Source: a virus. From it: a stretch of 64,000 bases of DNA. The notes under the pieces are model-generated. The model was given only the letters and a program-made list of their open reading frames with translations. It was not told the origin of the DNA and did not search any database. The stretch is from the IMG/VR virus record IMGVR_UViG_3300045988_044010. One strand, given 5' to 3'. The translations under genes and the position numbers were made by a program. Shown here piece after piece: positions 36,801 to 50,300 of this stretch. Positions within the stretch are counted from its first letter, which is position 1, and each line of letters begins with the position of its first letter.

Positions 36801-39800
36801 GCAGAAGAATTAGCCAAAGCGTTAACTCAAAAATCTAATCAATTAATAGATAAAGCTAAGGAATCAGTAGAAATGTGGGAAGCATATAGTGATTTTATAA
36901 GCTCTGGAGAATACTATATTCATCAGCAATTAGAGAGAATTAAGGATAAACAACATAAATTAACTGAACAACAGAATGATGTAACTCCTACTAAAGTTCA
37001 AGAAGCTCCGAGTACTATTCCAGTACAAGATAAAACAAAGACAGAGCCAGCCCAAGTTGAAGATATGCCCACATTAGGTTCTATACTGAGAGGTTTGATT
37101 AGTGAAGAAGATGCTAAAGTGATAGACTAGGCAGTAGAACCAGAAGTACCAACAGAACAAGTGACAGTACCTATAGAAGAACCAATAACTGATAGTGATA
37201 ACGATAAGGTGGCTCCTTTAACATATGATCAACAATTAGATCCATATTCTCATGAATTAAACTACCGTTTAAGTAGAATTACACAAGACAAAGATGGTAA
37301 TTGGACTGTAGTAACTTATAATAAATTCCAAGGTATGGAAGAATACCTTAATAATAAGGAATTTTCAGAAATAAGCGCAGCACCAGATTTTGTATCTGAA
37401 GTTACTAAAAACGGAGTACACTTTGAAGTACGACCATATACTGATGAAAATGGAGTTACGTCTGATGCTATATATGCAATATTTAAATATAAAGATAAAG
37501 AATATGTAGCTTCTGTTAGAACAGAGAAAGGTTTAGCAGCTAAAAGAGGTGGTAGATTTAACAGATTACCTTATGAGCAACAATAGTATATTAAGGAGAA
37601 TTTGCAAAATCTCAGAAACAAAATACTTGAATTGAACAAACAAGTAAAACTTGATGCAGATTTATAGATAGTTCCAACATTTATAAGAACTACTTCAGGT
37701 AGTATTGTGAATGAAGTAAATGCTGATGGAACCCCTAAGAATAGAAATATAATTGACTCTGCTTGGTAGAAAGTAAAGGATCCGTATTAGATTAATCCAA
37801 GTAATACTGAGATGGGTATTAGCACTGGACCTAAAGGTAAATCTATTATCCGTCTTAAAGATAGAGTATTATCATATAATGGTAAGTCTATGGGTAAACC
37901 ATTCTGGATTATAAAAGCTCCTAATTCAGAAGGTGCAATGATAGATAAACCAATTCAGCTTAATTACAAGTACTTTAAAGACCAACCTAAAGTAGCTGAT
38001 CTAATATTAGATTTAGTAACCAGTAATGATCAATTTTACACAGATGCTAATGGAGTACAAACTTCTATTAATCCAAAATAGCTGTTGCACTTTATAGTTA
38101 ACTTTGGTTCACATACTGCTACTAATCCTGAAGACACTAGATTAAATAATGAACAAATTCAATAGAGACTTAAAAAACAATTCTATATTGATGATAATAA
38201 TAATGTAGTAATTGGTACTACTACATACAGTATAAGTGATCTATTAACTGACAAGAATATAAGAGAGCAAGCCAAACAGTACATAATGGACAATTTCCAT
38301 TATGCTATTGATGAAGATGGTCTTAATAAAAATTGGTTAGGTGGAGATTTACAGAATGAAAACAGGGATCCTCACTTTGAATCATTGCACTCTTTTTTCA
38401 AGAACAGCAATGTAGATAAATTGGTTATTGTTCCCGGAGAAATAGAATTTACTCCTAAAGATTTTGGTATAGAATATTAGGATGGTAAGAGAGTTGTATC
38501 AAAAACTAATCCAAATGGTATAAGCGTATTAGGCTGGTATATCAAACAAGGTATACTTATGACTGATATTGCTGATACTTTACAAGATGCTAACATATAT
38601 GTAGATGATGTTACTATCCAAAGTAAGTCATAGAGGTCTGAACAGCAACAGGCTCAGCAACATATCAGTGAGGCTGTAGAAAGGGACTTTAGAAAAGAAA
38701 GTATCAGTTATACTGATGAGCAAGGTAATCAATAGAAACTTGATCTTGGTGAAATCTATAAGATATTAGATGGAAAGAAACGTGGTCCTAATATGACTGT
38801 AGAAGATTCTGTTAAAGACGGAATATGGTATAATGCTACAGAAAAGATGGATGTAGATCAAGCTAAACAGTGGATAGAAAAAACTCTTGGCATTACTCCA
38901 GAAATAACCAATTATGTTATAGATGTTACGGAAGCAGGTCAAAGTGTAGTAGGTAGAGTAACTGTAGATTCTATTAAATTGTATAATGATGCTCCAAAAG
39001 GAGTAGAATTTCATGAGGCTTGGCATAGAGTATCTCAGCTATGCATAGATGAAAAACATAGAAGAAAGATATATGATAGATATAAGAAGAAGAGCAAGTC
39101 AAATCTCTCTGATGCGGCTATAGATGAAATCTTAGCAGAACAGTTCAGAGAATTTATGTTAAATGATGCTGCTAAATATGATTTTGATACAAAGAATTGG
39201 TTTAGACGTATATTGAACTTTATTAAACTATGGGCTAGAACTGGTCAATATGCTTTAGCTAAAATATATGCAGACATTAATAGAGGTAAATATTACGGTA
39301 TAAAACCTAATGAGGCTAATGTAGAAAGATTTAAATCAATATACAGTGACGAAGGTCCAAACTTTGAAGTAAATGGTCACCAATTTAAAGCCATTACTAA
39401 GACTAAATAGTTTGATGATATAGTAAAAAGTCTCACTTATGCTTTCTTCCAATGTTCTTTTGTAGAAGGTAAATCTATTGATTATACTGATATTAATCCA
39501 AAAGATTATAGTTTTGAAAGACTTAAATTAATAGTAGAAGCTTAGAAAAACAAGTTTCCTTCTGAAGCTCTTACTGAAATATATGACAACTTTGATAATA
39601 TATTTGCTCCAGCTATAGCCTCTAAACTTAAATCATTAAATATAAGAACTATAGATAATGATAATGTTACAGCTAAAGAAGAGGGTGAAGAAGGAATAGA
39701 TATAGGACAGCATACAGTAGAAGGGATGAATATATCTATTAAAGACAACGCCCCTGCTGAAGTTAAATTCTTCTTCTAGACTATACCAATGAGACAAAGG

Positions 39801-42800
39801 AATGCCGATGGTTCATATTCAGCTAAGATAGATGCAGTTACCAAATTTCCTAGTTTTGTAGATTCTAATACTGCTTGGAATAATGTACTAAAAGATTTAG
39901 CAGGGTGTAGAACTATTGCCAATATTATGGATAGAATAGTTCTACTGTCTCAAAATGATCAATTCTATGCATCGTTGTTGATAAAGTTCGCAGATTTAGT
40001 TCAAAGATCTACTAATTCAGATCCTAATGTTGCTATAAACGCGGAAGCTATGTTAACTAAGTTAGAAACTGTGATTACTTCTGATATAAACAACTATGTT
40101 ACTGCAAAAATATCATAGGATGAAGCCGGAATGACTACTATGAAATTAACAGACAATACTGTTGATATGAAAGCTATGCAATATCCTAAAGTGTGGTCTA
40201 GGAATATGTTTGAAAATTCTGGCATATTTAAATATAATGAGGATGGTATAGTAGTTGCACAGGATAACGCTAAGAGCAAAATAAACACAGTTCTTAATGC
40301 CCTAAGTACGATCAAACAAGCATTTGTAAATAATAAGGGTATTATACGTACTAAGGATGGTAATTTTGATTTACATGAAATTCAGAATCAAGAGAGGCTT
40401 AAAGATTACATAGTTTCTATATTATAGGAAGTAGGAATTGGGATGGATAAACCTACTATAAATAAGATGTTGTTATCTGGTGATTATGGTAATCCTAAGT
40501 CTGATCCATATACATTGCTAAACACATTTGTAGTAAATACTGTCAACTTTGGTGGATTAAGTAAAATATCTGATACATTAAAGATAATTCAAGATGCTAT
40601 AAAACCTGATAATACTTTGTCTACTATAACAATAAGTGGTAAAGATACATTACCTACACAAATATGGAATGAAGTTGGCTATGTTAAAGCATTGGCTAAT
40701 TATTATGCTTTTGTACATGCTACAGACAAAGGATTAGGTAGTTTAGGTCCAGATGGTAATAGTTATTATATGGTTTCTCAGAACAATTTTGCTAAAGACC
40801 GAGTAAACGAATTAATAACTGATCCAGAATTGTTCCACAATCTAGAAGCTGTAGTATATAATGAACATTCTATTATACTGAGTGCAGTAAGAAATGGTAA
40901 TAAAAATATCCAAGTAGAGACTTTCATTAATTTTAAAGATGAAACTAGTTATGATGCTGGTAGAGATTACTTTAATATAACTCAAAGAGAAGACTACCTT
41001 GCAAAAATGACTGCTATCTTTAATGACAGAATAATATTCCCTACAGTAGCAGATAAGAAGACATATCATTTCATTAGAGGAATTAAATTGCCTCACGAAA
41101 GAATTAGATTTACTAAAACAGGTAATGGTGTTAACATATTATACGGTGAACAATCGTTAGATACAATTATAGGTTATTGTCAAGATGAATTAAATCAGAT
41201 TGAATTGTGTTTAAGACAAATTGACGATGATCCTACTCATTATGATAAAGATAAGAATATCCACTATAATGCTGATGGAACTATAAACAACGACTGGTTG
41301 GATCCTTCTCGCAGAATTAAGAACTTTCATACTCCTAATGAATATAAGTATACAGATGATAAAGGTACAGAGCATACTGTAATGTTAGAAGGTAACGGAT
41401 CTAGATTCTTATTCTTAACCGGAGTATATGTTAATGGGAAGTTCATAGATTTTAACGATCCATCTAAATCTGCTATAGAAAATTTATAGACTGCTAAAGA
41501 TTATTTCTTTAATGCTCCTATTGATACTCAGAAACAATTGATAAGTGGACTGATCAATAGAAGAATGAAGGATGAATTAAAGACAGCTAGAGATTTAGGG
41601 CTTATAGAAATTAATGAAAATCTAGATATCTGGAGTATTAGAAACAAACTATTAGATGATAATGTGCTTGCAGAAAGACAACAAGCGTATGAATCATTGG
41701 ATGCTAATAATGCAGAAGGCTATGCAATATTTGATATGCTTGCAGATTATACTATTAATAGTATTATATCTGTAAGTGAAATAGAGAAAATATTCAATGG
41801 AGCACCTGCTTACTATAAAGTAAAATATGACAGAACCGGTATATTAGACTTATCTGTAGATAAGATTAAACGTCTTGGTTCATTAACTTCTACTGGTACT
41901 AATAATAGGTTAGACTTCTTCAGTAATGATCCTATGAGAGAAGAATACGTAGTAGCTGAACTCAAAGATCATGAAATCCAAAGTAAACAATATTATACAT
42001 ATCGTAATCTATTTACTTTAGGTAATATAAAAGAAACCATTCAAGAAATGAATGGTGAAGAGGCTTGGAATGAAGTTAAGGATCTATCTATACAAGAAAT
42101 AGAGAAACAATATCCAGAAGAAGTAAAAATAGCCAAACAAGCTGCTGAAGTAGAAGTTAGAGGTTATAAAGAGGGAATAAACGTAGCTGACGCTGCTGTT
42201 TACATAAGTCCTATAATGACCAGAGATCTTCTTAGAATGCGTGGACAGTGGAGCCCTGAAATAAAAGAAGCTTTCGATATACTTATGAATGAAGATACTG
42301 CTGAACAGTGGGATTCTAATCCTGAGTTATATGCGAGAGCTAATAAGGTAATACTTAATGCTATGAAGTATATGGCATTTGGTACGAGATTTAATGAAAT
42401 TCCCGGTTTAGGAATACCTTATTTTAATAAAATGGCTTTGTTCCCATTATTTAAATCTGTAGCTACTGGAGATATAAGAGCTTTGTATGATAGGATGATG
42501 GATGAAGATCCTAACAGGAGAATTGATATGGTTATGTTTGATTCTGCTGTTAAGGCTGGATCTAGAGCACCAATGAAAGCATACAGAGCTGCTAAAGACA
42601 GTGAAATAGAGTTAAAAGATGGACAGACTGTATTATCGGCTCATTTAACAGATCAATTACAAAGTGGAGAAGGTAATACTCTGAATGACTTTAATAACCT
42701 AGTTACATATACTTAGAAGTTTAAATACTTACGTCAACAGTTGGCTACAGATCCTCATATTCACGAGGAAACTATGGCTGGTACACAGTTTATGAAAGTT

Positions 42801-45800
42801 AATCTATCTAACATACGTATGAATGATATGTATGGTAAAGAAGGAGAACAAGTATCTGGACAAACTATTAAGGACACAGTAATGAATGCTCTAAATAGAT
42901 TGTCTGATATAGGTAAAGCTAAACTACAAGGTCAACTATTTACTGAAGACGGTTAGGTAAATATAACAGCATTAGGAGAAATGCTTACTGCTGATGCAAG
43001 AGAATCTGATGCCAATGATAATATTATCTCTGGTTTAAATACTAAAAATAATGCGTTTACTATACCATTGTCGGCATTATCTGACAATAAATGGTTGGAA
43101 AGCAGATTCATTTCTATGATCAACAAAGAAGTGATTGACGTACACATGCCAGGAGGTGCGTTTATTCAGCGTTCAGCATTTGGACTAGAAGCTACTAGTA
43201 AGAATGTTATTACTCCTAGTATGATAAATGATGGTAGAGCTTTAAAGGCTATAAATGAAGAAGGTTCTATGGATGCAGTAGTAAGTATAAATCTATTTAA
43301 GCACTTTATACCTGACTACAAAAAAATGACATTCAGACAAGCTAGACAATGGCTTATTGATCACGATATAATAGGACAAAAAGCTACTGCTAATTCTATA
43401 GGTTATCGTATTCCTACACAGTCAATTGCTTCTATATCTCCACTTAGATTTGTAGACGTATTCCCTGAAATAATGGGAGACACAATCATGCTTCCAGAAG
43501 ACTTTACGAAGTTAACTGGTTCTGACTTTGATATTGATAAACTATATGTAGCCAGATTCTCATATAACAAAGATGGTGTAAAGATAAACCACGATATAGC
43601 TAATAGTACAGAACAGGTTGCAAATGCCATTAAGAACGAAATGCTTGATGCATACATGAAAGTATTACTTACTAAAGATAATACCAATTCTCTCAAACTT
43701 TCTATTGATAATGCTACTGAGAATACAAAGGAAGTACTTAAAGATATAGAAAGTAATAGAGAAGTGCATCATGTACAACCATTTGAAGTATATACTCCTT
43801 CATATCAAGAAGCTAGAAAAGCAGAATATACTGGAGGTAAAGCAGGTATTGGACCATTTGCATTGAATAATGCTCATCATATTCTTACTTAGTTAGTAGG
43901 TTTAAAGATGGAAAGTAATGCATTTACAGAAGCTATGAAGATTGTAGATCTTGGTAGAATATACGATTATCCTACAGTAGGTACTAAAAAGGGTGGTAGA
44001 ATATTAGATTGGTTATCTGCTATGATTAATGGTTTTGTTGATATAGCTAAGGACCCATATATTGTACGTCTTAATGTAAACGCTTGGACATATAACATGG
44101 TATCCTTTTTACTACGTACAGGTAAAGGTAAATGGGCATTCTATTTTGTAGGTCAACCTATATTGAAAGAAATGGCAGAAGAAGTTCTTAAAACTAAAGG
44201 AAAATATGGTGTAGATAGAACTAAGTCACCATCGCAACTTGAGAAAGAAGCAATAGAATCTGTACTTGACAAATACGATCCAACTGGTTCTTATAGGAAG
44301 GAATTCCAATATATTAATTCTAAACCAGAATTGAAAGCTAATGCTTATAAGAACTTGTTTGAAACATTTTTTGATGAAGATGGAAAAGAAACTAGCTATT
44401 GTAGAGAGTTATTGTTGAATAATGGAGCATACAATTATTTGAATAAGAGACAAGTAGGTATATATTACGCTTGGCTTGCTCTTAAACCATATGCTGATGA
44501 TCTAGCTAATCTAGTAAAGTACTCCAAGATAGATACTAAAAAAACTGGTAAAACGTTTGCAGAACAACAAATATATTATAATGGTATGCAAGATCTAGCA
44601 GAAGAGAGTCACTTTGCTCCGGGAGAGGTAAGACGTTTTTATGATGAAACTTTTATAGCTAGAAAAACAGAAAATAGTATTCCATTTGGATCTTCTATAT
44701 TTAGGAATTTACTATTTAGAAATACTGATACCTTTATTAGCTAGTATAATACTGTATTATCACTTCTTGGTAGAAAAAATAACGCAAACTCTAAACTATT
44801 AAATCCAATTATATCTGGAATGGAGGCTCAACTGAAAGCTGAATTCTTCAATCAATATGTAGAAGATAATAACATTGATGTAAAAGGTTTGTTCTACGGT
44901 AGAAATAGTATAGCTAAGAGGCTTAATAAGTTCAAAAATATGATATTTAAGGGAGAATATAAATATTTATTGAACGCTGATGGAACTATAAATAATGATT
45001 TCTTAAATTATTTATTACCTAATATAACACATGATGGTTTAGATTTTATTGATACTTCTGAATTATTAAGTTCTGACCAATCTCAGGCTAATAATCTTAT
45101 TAATTACTGGAGAGAATTACTGGATGATCCAAATCCAGAGATTAAGAGATTGGCTAGAGATTTAGCAATATATGCTTTTTACGTATCAGGGGACAATCCT
45201 TCAATGAATTCGTTCTTCCAATATCTTCCAAATAGTTTTAGAAAAGAAATAGGTTACACAGATTATATCCAAGGAAAGTTAGATCAACTAGTAAACGGTT
45301 CCCAACTGGGGTATAAAAATAAAACTGATTTATTCTTAAACAATTGGACTAACGATAGTTTGGTTAAGCCAGTTAGCATGTATAGTGGTAAGAACAATGA
45401 ATAGCTTAGAGGAGTATACATAAACGATAAAGCCGCTATGCCAAACATAATAATGGGCTAGAGAGTAGGATCAGATAAACCAGCCATTAGACCTATTAAT
45501 TGGATTAAAGTAGCTAATCAAGATGGTGTAGAAGAATCTTTCCCGTTATTTCCGCCTTATATTAAATTAAGAGATGGTTTGGGATTTGGTCCATAGAATT
45601 GGCACGTTTATACCATAATTGGTTATAAGTCATTTGTAGAGATACAGCCTAATGGTAAACCCGGTAAAACTGTTTATATACCTTTATATGGTTTAATATC
45701 TAAAAAAGGTTATAAATATAAAGGTCACTCTATAGTAGAGTATGGAAGAGAAACTGCATTTGATTTTAATAAAGAAAATGAATGGGATTATGTAGAAGCA

Positions 45801-47300
45801 TTGAATAATAAAGATGCTTTAGCAGATATGGCTCTTCAACAAGAAAGACAAGATTGGATAGACGATGCTCCTTATATTCATCATATAACAGAACTACCTA
45901 GTTATTAGAACATGAATTATGCGTTAGCTAGACAAGATAGAGTATATACTGAAACGGAAGATGATATGAATGTGGACGATGAGTTCTTTCCTGTATTAGA
46001 AGAAAGAGAAGAACCTACAATTTTGGCTGATTATAGTAATATAAAAAATTACTTGAAAACATATAGTGGTATAATAACTAATCTAGAACCTAATCAAATA
46101 TTTGTATTTGGTTCAAATACACAAGGTAGACATGGTAAAGGAGCTGCTTTAACAGCAAAAAATAAATTTGGAGCAGTGTATGGACAATCAGAAGGTATAC
46201 AAGGATAGTCTTATGCTATAATAACTAAAGATTTGACAAGTAGTGTACAACCATCTAGAACTCCAGAATAGATAGTTGAATAGATAAACAAATTATACAC
46301 TTATGCTAGGCAGCATAGAGACAAAGAATTTTTAGTAGCATATTCTGGCACAGGTACTAATCTAAACTACTATTCTAATGAAGACTTAGCACGTATGTTT
46401 GCTAAATACCCTATACCAGATAATATAGTGTTTGAAAAATCTTTTAGTGAACTTGTGTTTAAATACATAAATAAAGAAATAGATAAAATGTTTAATAACA
46501 CGAATGCTGCAAAATTTATTAATCACTCTGGAGGAGCTCTTGGATCAGATACTATGTGGGGTAAAATAGGTGAAGAATATGGAGTATATTCTAAACACTA
46601 TTACGCAGAAGGTCAAAAGACGCCTAATGGAAATACCGCATTGGGTAAACAATTATTATCTGAATCAGATGTTCATCTGAAGGAAGCTAATAAAAAATTA
46701 GGTAGATTATTTCCTACTAGTAAAGACTATGTGAATAATTTACTTAGACGTAATTGGTTTCAAGTAAAGAATGCTGACGCAGTATTTGCTATAGGAACTA
46801 TAGCTGATAATGGTACTGTAAATGGTGGTACTGGTTGGGCTGTTCAAATGGCAATAGATAATAATAAAGATGTATATGTATTTGATCAAAGTAGGTTAAA
46901 ATGGTATAGGAATAGAGATCATAAATGGTCAGAGGTAACCACACCAAAACTCACTCCTAATTTTGCAGGTATAGGTACTAGAGAAATAACGCAAGAAGGA
47001 ATTCAAGCCATTAGAAATGTTTATGCTCTTACTTTTAGAGGGTAGATTGAAAACTATATTAGTCTAGAAAATAAATCAGATCTATTCCCATCTAGTTTAC
47101 CACTAACTGGAGTTGAATTAATGGCATTATATGAACAAGGAAATTCAAGAATAAGTGAAGTACTTGATCAAATGGAAGATCTTACACCAGAAGAAAGATA
47201 GACTTACTTAAATGAATTTGCACAGTTTATGACAGACAATGAAGTTAATACGCAAGATAAACTTGAAGAAGCATTGAGAAAATTCATATGTAACTTATAA
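33804..47300 (+). CDS. giant virion protein, 4498 aa with about 49 TAG. It contains a zincin-like protease motif and a crAss-type RNA polymerase DFDID motif.
   Basis: ATG 33804 and all track ORFs from 34776 to 46395 start at coordinates divisible by 3. In my codon-by-codon reading the only in-frame stops before TAA TAA (47298-47303) are TAG. Motifs are HEAWH at 39012-39026 and GSDFDIDKLY at 43518-43547. Confidence 0.75.
39012..39026 (+). other. HExxH zinc-metalloprotease motif (HEAWH)
   Basis: CAT GAG GCT TGG CAT is in frame with the giant ORF, in the context GVEFHEAWHRVSQL. Confidence 0.55.
43524..43538 (+). other. DxDxD metal-binding motif (DFDID) of a two-barrel RNA polymerase
   Basis: GAC TTT GAT ATT GAT is in frame, in the context LTGSDFDIDKLYVARF. 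Compare NADFDGD in the cellular beta-prime subunit. Confidence 0.65.
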
Positions 47301-47312
47301 TAACCAGATAAT

Positions 47313-50300
47313 ATGTATAAATGTCCTAACAAAAATCTTCCTGAATGGAAGGAACTAGAAAAAGTTGTACCAGAAGTCGCATATACTATCTGGGATATGA
47401 ATAATGGTCATGGTATAGATAAGGCTCCGAATGGGGAGCCTTCTATATTGTTTGACAATTTAATATAGAAACTAGGTAATAGAGAAGAAGCGATTAAAGC
47501 TAAAGCTAAGATATTCTCTAGAGATTTTATACAGAGTAAAGAAGAATACGCTAAAGATTCTAACGGAGAACCTATAGTTGACGCTGTATTAACATTGCCA
47601 CAAGTAACATATAATGAAGTAAATTTTGATTTACTGAATGAGGATCAAATTAGAGTGATATCAGAAGTATCTAACACTTATAACAAGATACAAAAAGGTC
47701 TAAAAGATAGACTTAATGCTATTAAAAGATACTCAAATAAAAGCCCTAAAGTATGGAGATAGTTACAAACTTTAATACAACAATTATCTAATTCTGAGAC
47801 TGAACAAGGTATGTTACAATTCATGGAGCATATAGATGAATCAGTTAAAGACAGTATCCAGTTCTTGAATAGACCAATTGAAGATATAAATTCTAAATAG
47901 ATTAGGTAGCTGTCCAATGATTATGTTGGATTCTACAAACCACTTATAGACGATATTGCATATTTAGTAGATACTACAGATTTATTCAAAGATAAAGAGA
48001 ACTATCAACAGATAAAAGATAATCTAAGTCAATTACAACAATAGCTTAATCAAGTAAATAATAAATTTATTAATGTTCTCAAAAGTAAAGGTTATTAGTA
48101 TTTGAAGAATTTCTTAAAATAGCAAGGAATGCCTAATGATATCATACAAGAAACTATAAATTGGTTAGATGATCCCAAACATGATTCTAACATGTTTATG
48201 AATTGGTTCGGTATGGCTACTAATAGTAATAATGCTGTTCAACAAACTATAGCTAAAACGTTAAATGACGTAAAAAATGCTACAGATAGAGAAACTCTAG
48301 ATGTTGGTATAAAATTGACTAAAACATTAAAAGTTGCCAAAGATAAGTATGGTAACGATGTCTAGAAATTACTGTATGAAAAACTTGATGATGGTACATA
48401 TTCTGGATTAAGAGTTAAACCTCTTAATTATGGTCAAATGAGTAAAAACAGAAAGGAATTTCTGTAGAAATTAGCAGAAAAATTATCTATAGAAAAAGAT
48501 AGTGATGGACAATATATACTACCATAGGATGAAGATATTTAGAATAAATGGTATACTGCTATAAATAACTGGTATAATGAAAATGCAGACAGAAAATATA
48601 AATCTGAATATTATACGGCTCGTAATAAAATATTATCGTTAAAAACCAGAGATGCTGTGAATGAGGTATAGAGATACATTGATAACTTAACATCTCCTAT
48701 TACTATTGATGGTGTAGAATATACTAACTTACTTAGTGAATCTGAATAGATGCAGTTAGAATAGTTGCGTAAACAAAAATCTCTATTATCAAATCCATAT
48801 AATCTAGATGGAAGTGAGAAGACTGGAGATGATGCTATAATAGCTAAAGAATTATCTGAATTTAACAAGCTAGTATCTGAACATATAAAATATAAAACAG
48901 ATAAAGCTAAATATGATGCAGACAGAGCCAAAGTAGCTAGTAAGTATGGGGAAGGATCCGAAGAGTTAAAGCTATGGGAAAATAGAAACACTGTAGAGAA
49001 ATATACTTAGGAATTCTATGACAGAATAGATAATCTAAATAAAGTAGAACAAAGTGATATATACTAGGATTTAGTTCAAAAAAGAAGACAGCTTCAACAA
49101 CTGTTTAAAGATCCACGTACAGGCAAAATAGATGTTACTTAGTTATCTGATACTGAAAAAGCTGCACTATTATAGTTAGATCAAGATATCGCAGATGTAA
49201 CTGAATTTAAAACAAAGGAAGAAACAGAAAGTAATTCAGATAAGTTCAGTGATTTTGCAGAAATGGCTTTTACTGATTAGTATTTTATAGATATGGACAA
49301 TGCTAAGAAAGCGGGAACATAGGCTTATAATGATTGGTTTATGGCTAACCATTATGAAGACAAAAGAGGATATATGTAGGCTGCATCTTATTACAAAGAG
49401 CTAAAACCGCTTCCTCAATATATACAATAGTATACAGAAAGAGCTCCTATAAACAAATATTCTACATTAGATCCTAGTTCTGATTGGTATAATAACAATT
49501 GGGATCCAAACGGTCCGGCGATACAACCAAAAAAAGATAAGTATAACAATAAGAAGGCTTATGACGCTATGGCTAATAAACCAGAGGTATTAGACCTATA
49601 TAATTAGATTGAAGAAATAATGTCATTAGCCAATAGTTATGTATCTTTCATGTAGTTCGCTAATGACAGTAGAATGCCTCAAATACCTGCTAGATTTATG
49701 CAAGCACTTAATCGTAAAGATGGTCTTTTATCAAAATTAGGATATGCTTTTGAAGATTTAGCTACAACTAAAGCAGATGACTTAGACTTCGTGGAAGAAT
49801 TCGCTACTATGCCTAATGGAGACCCTATAAAAGTAATACCTACTAGATTTATAAAAATGTTAGATGACCCAAATACTATATCTACAGACGCAGTAGCGGC
49901 TACAGTATAGTATTATAATATGGCAGCTAATTATAAAAATATGTCAAAGCATTAGGACGATATAGAGCTTATGCTAAATCTTTTAAAGTAGGTATCAATT
50001 AAAACAAGGAAGGACGTTAAAGGTCCCGGTTCTACTAATGTTTACAAGCAATCACAACTGTTAGTTGATAGACTGATGTATGGTAGAAATAAGAGTCCTA
50101 TATTAGTAGAAGCGTTTGGTAAAGAATATAATGTAGGTAAGATGCTAGATATTGCTAGAGGATTTGTTACTAAAGTTAACCTATCTGGTAACTTATGGTC
50201 TATTGGAACTAGCTTCTTTACAGATGCTACATATACTACTTTAGAGGCAAAAATGGGTAAATACTTTGACTTAGAAGATCTAAACTTTGCTAAGAGTGAA

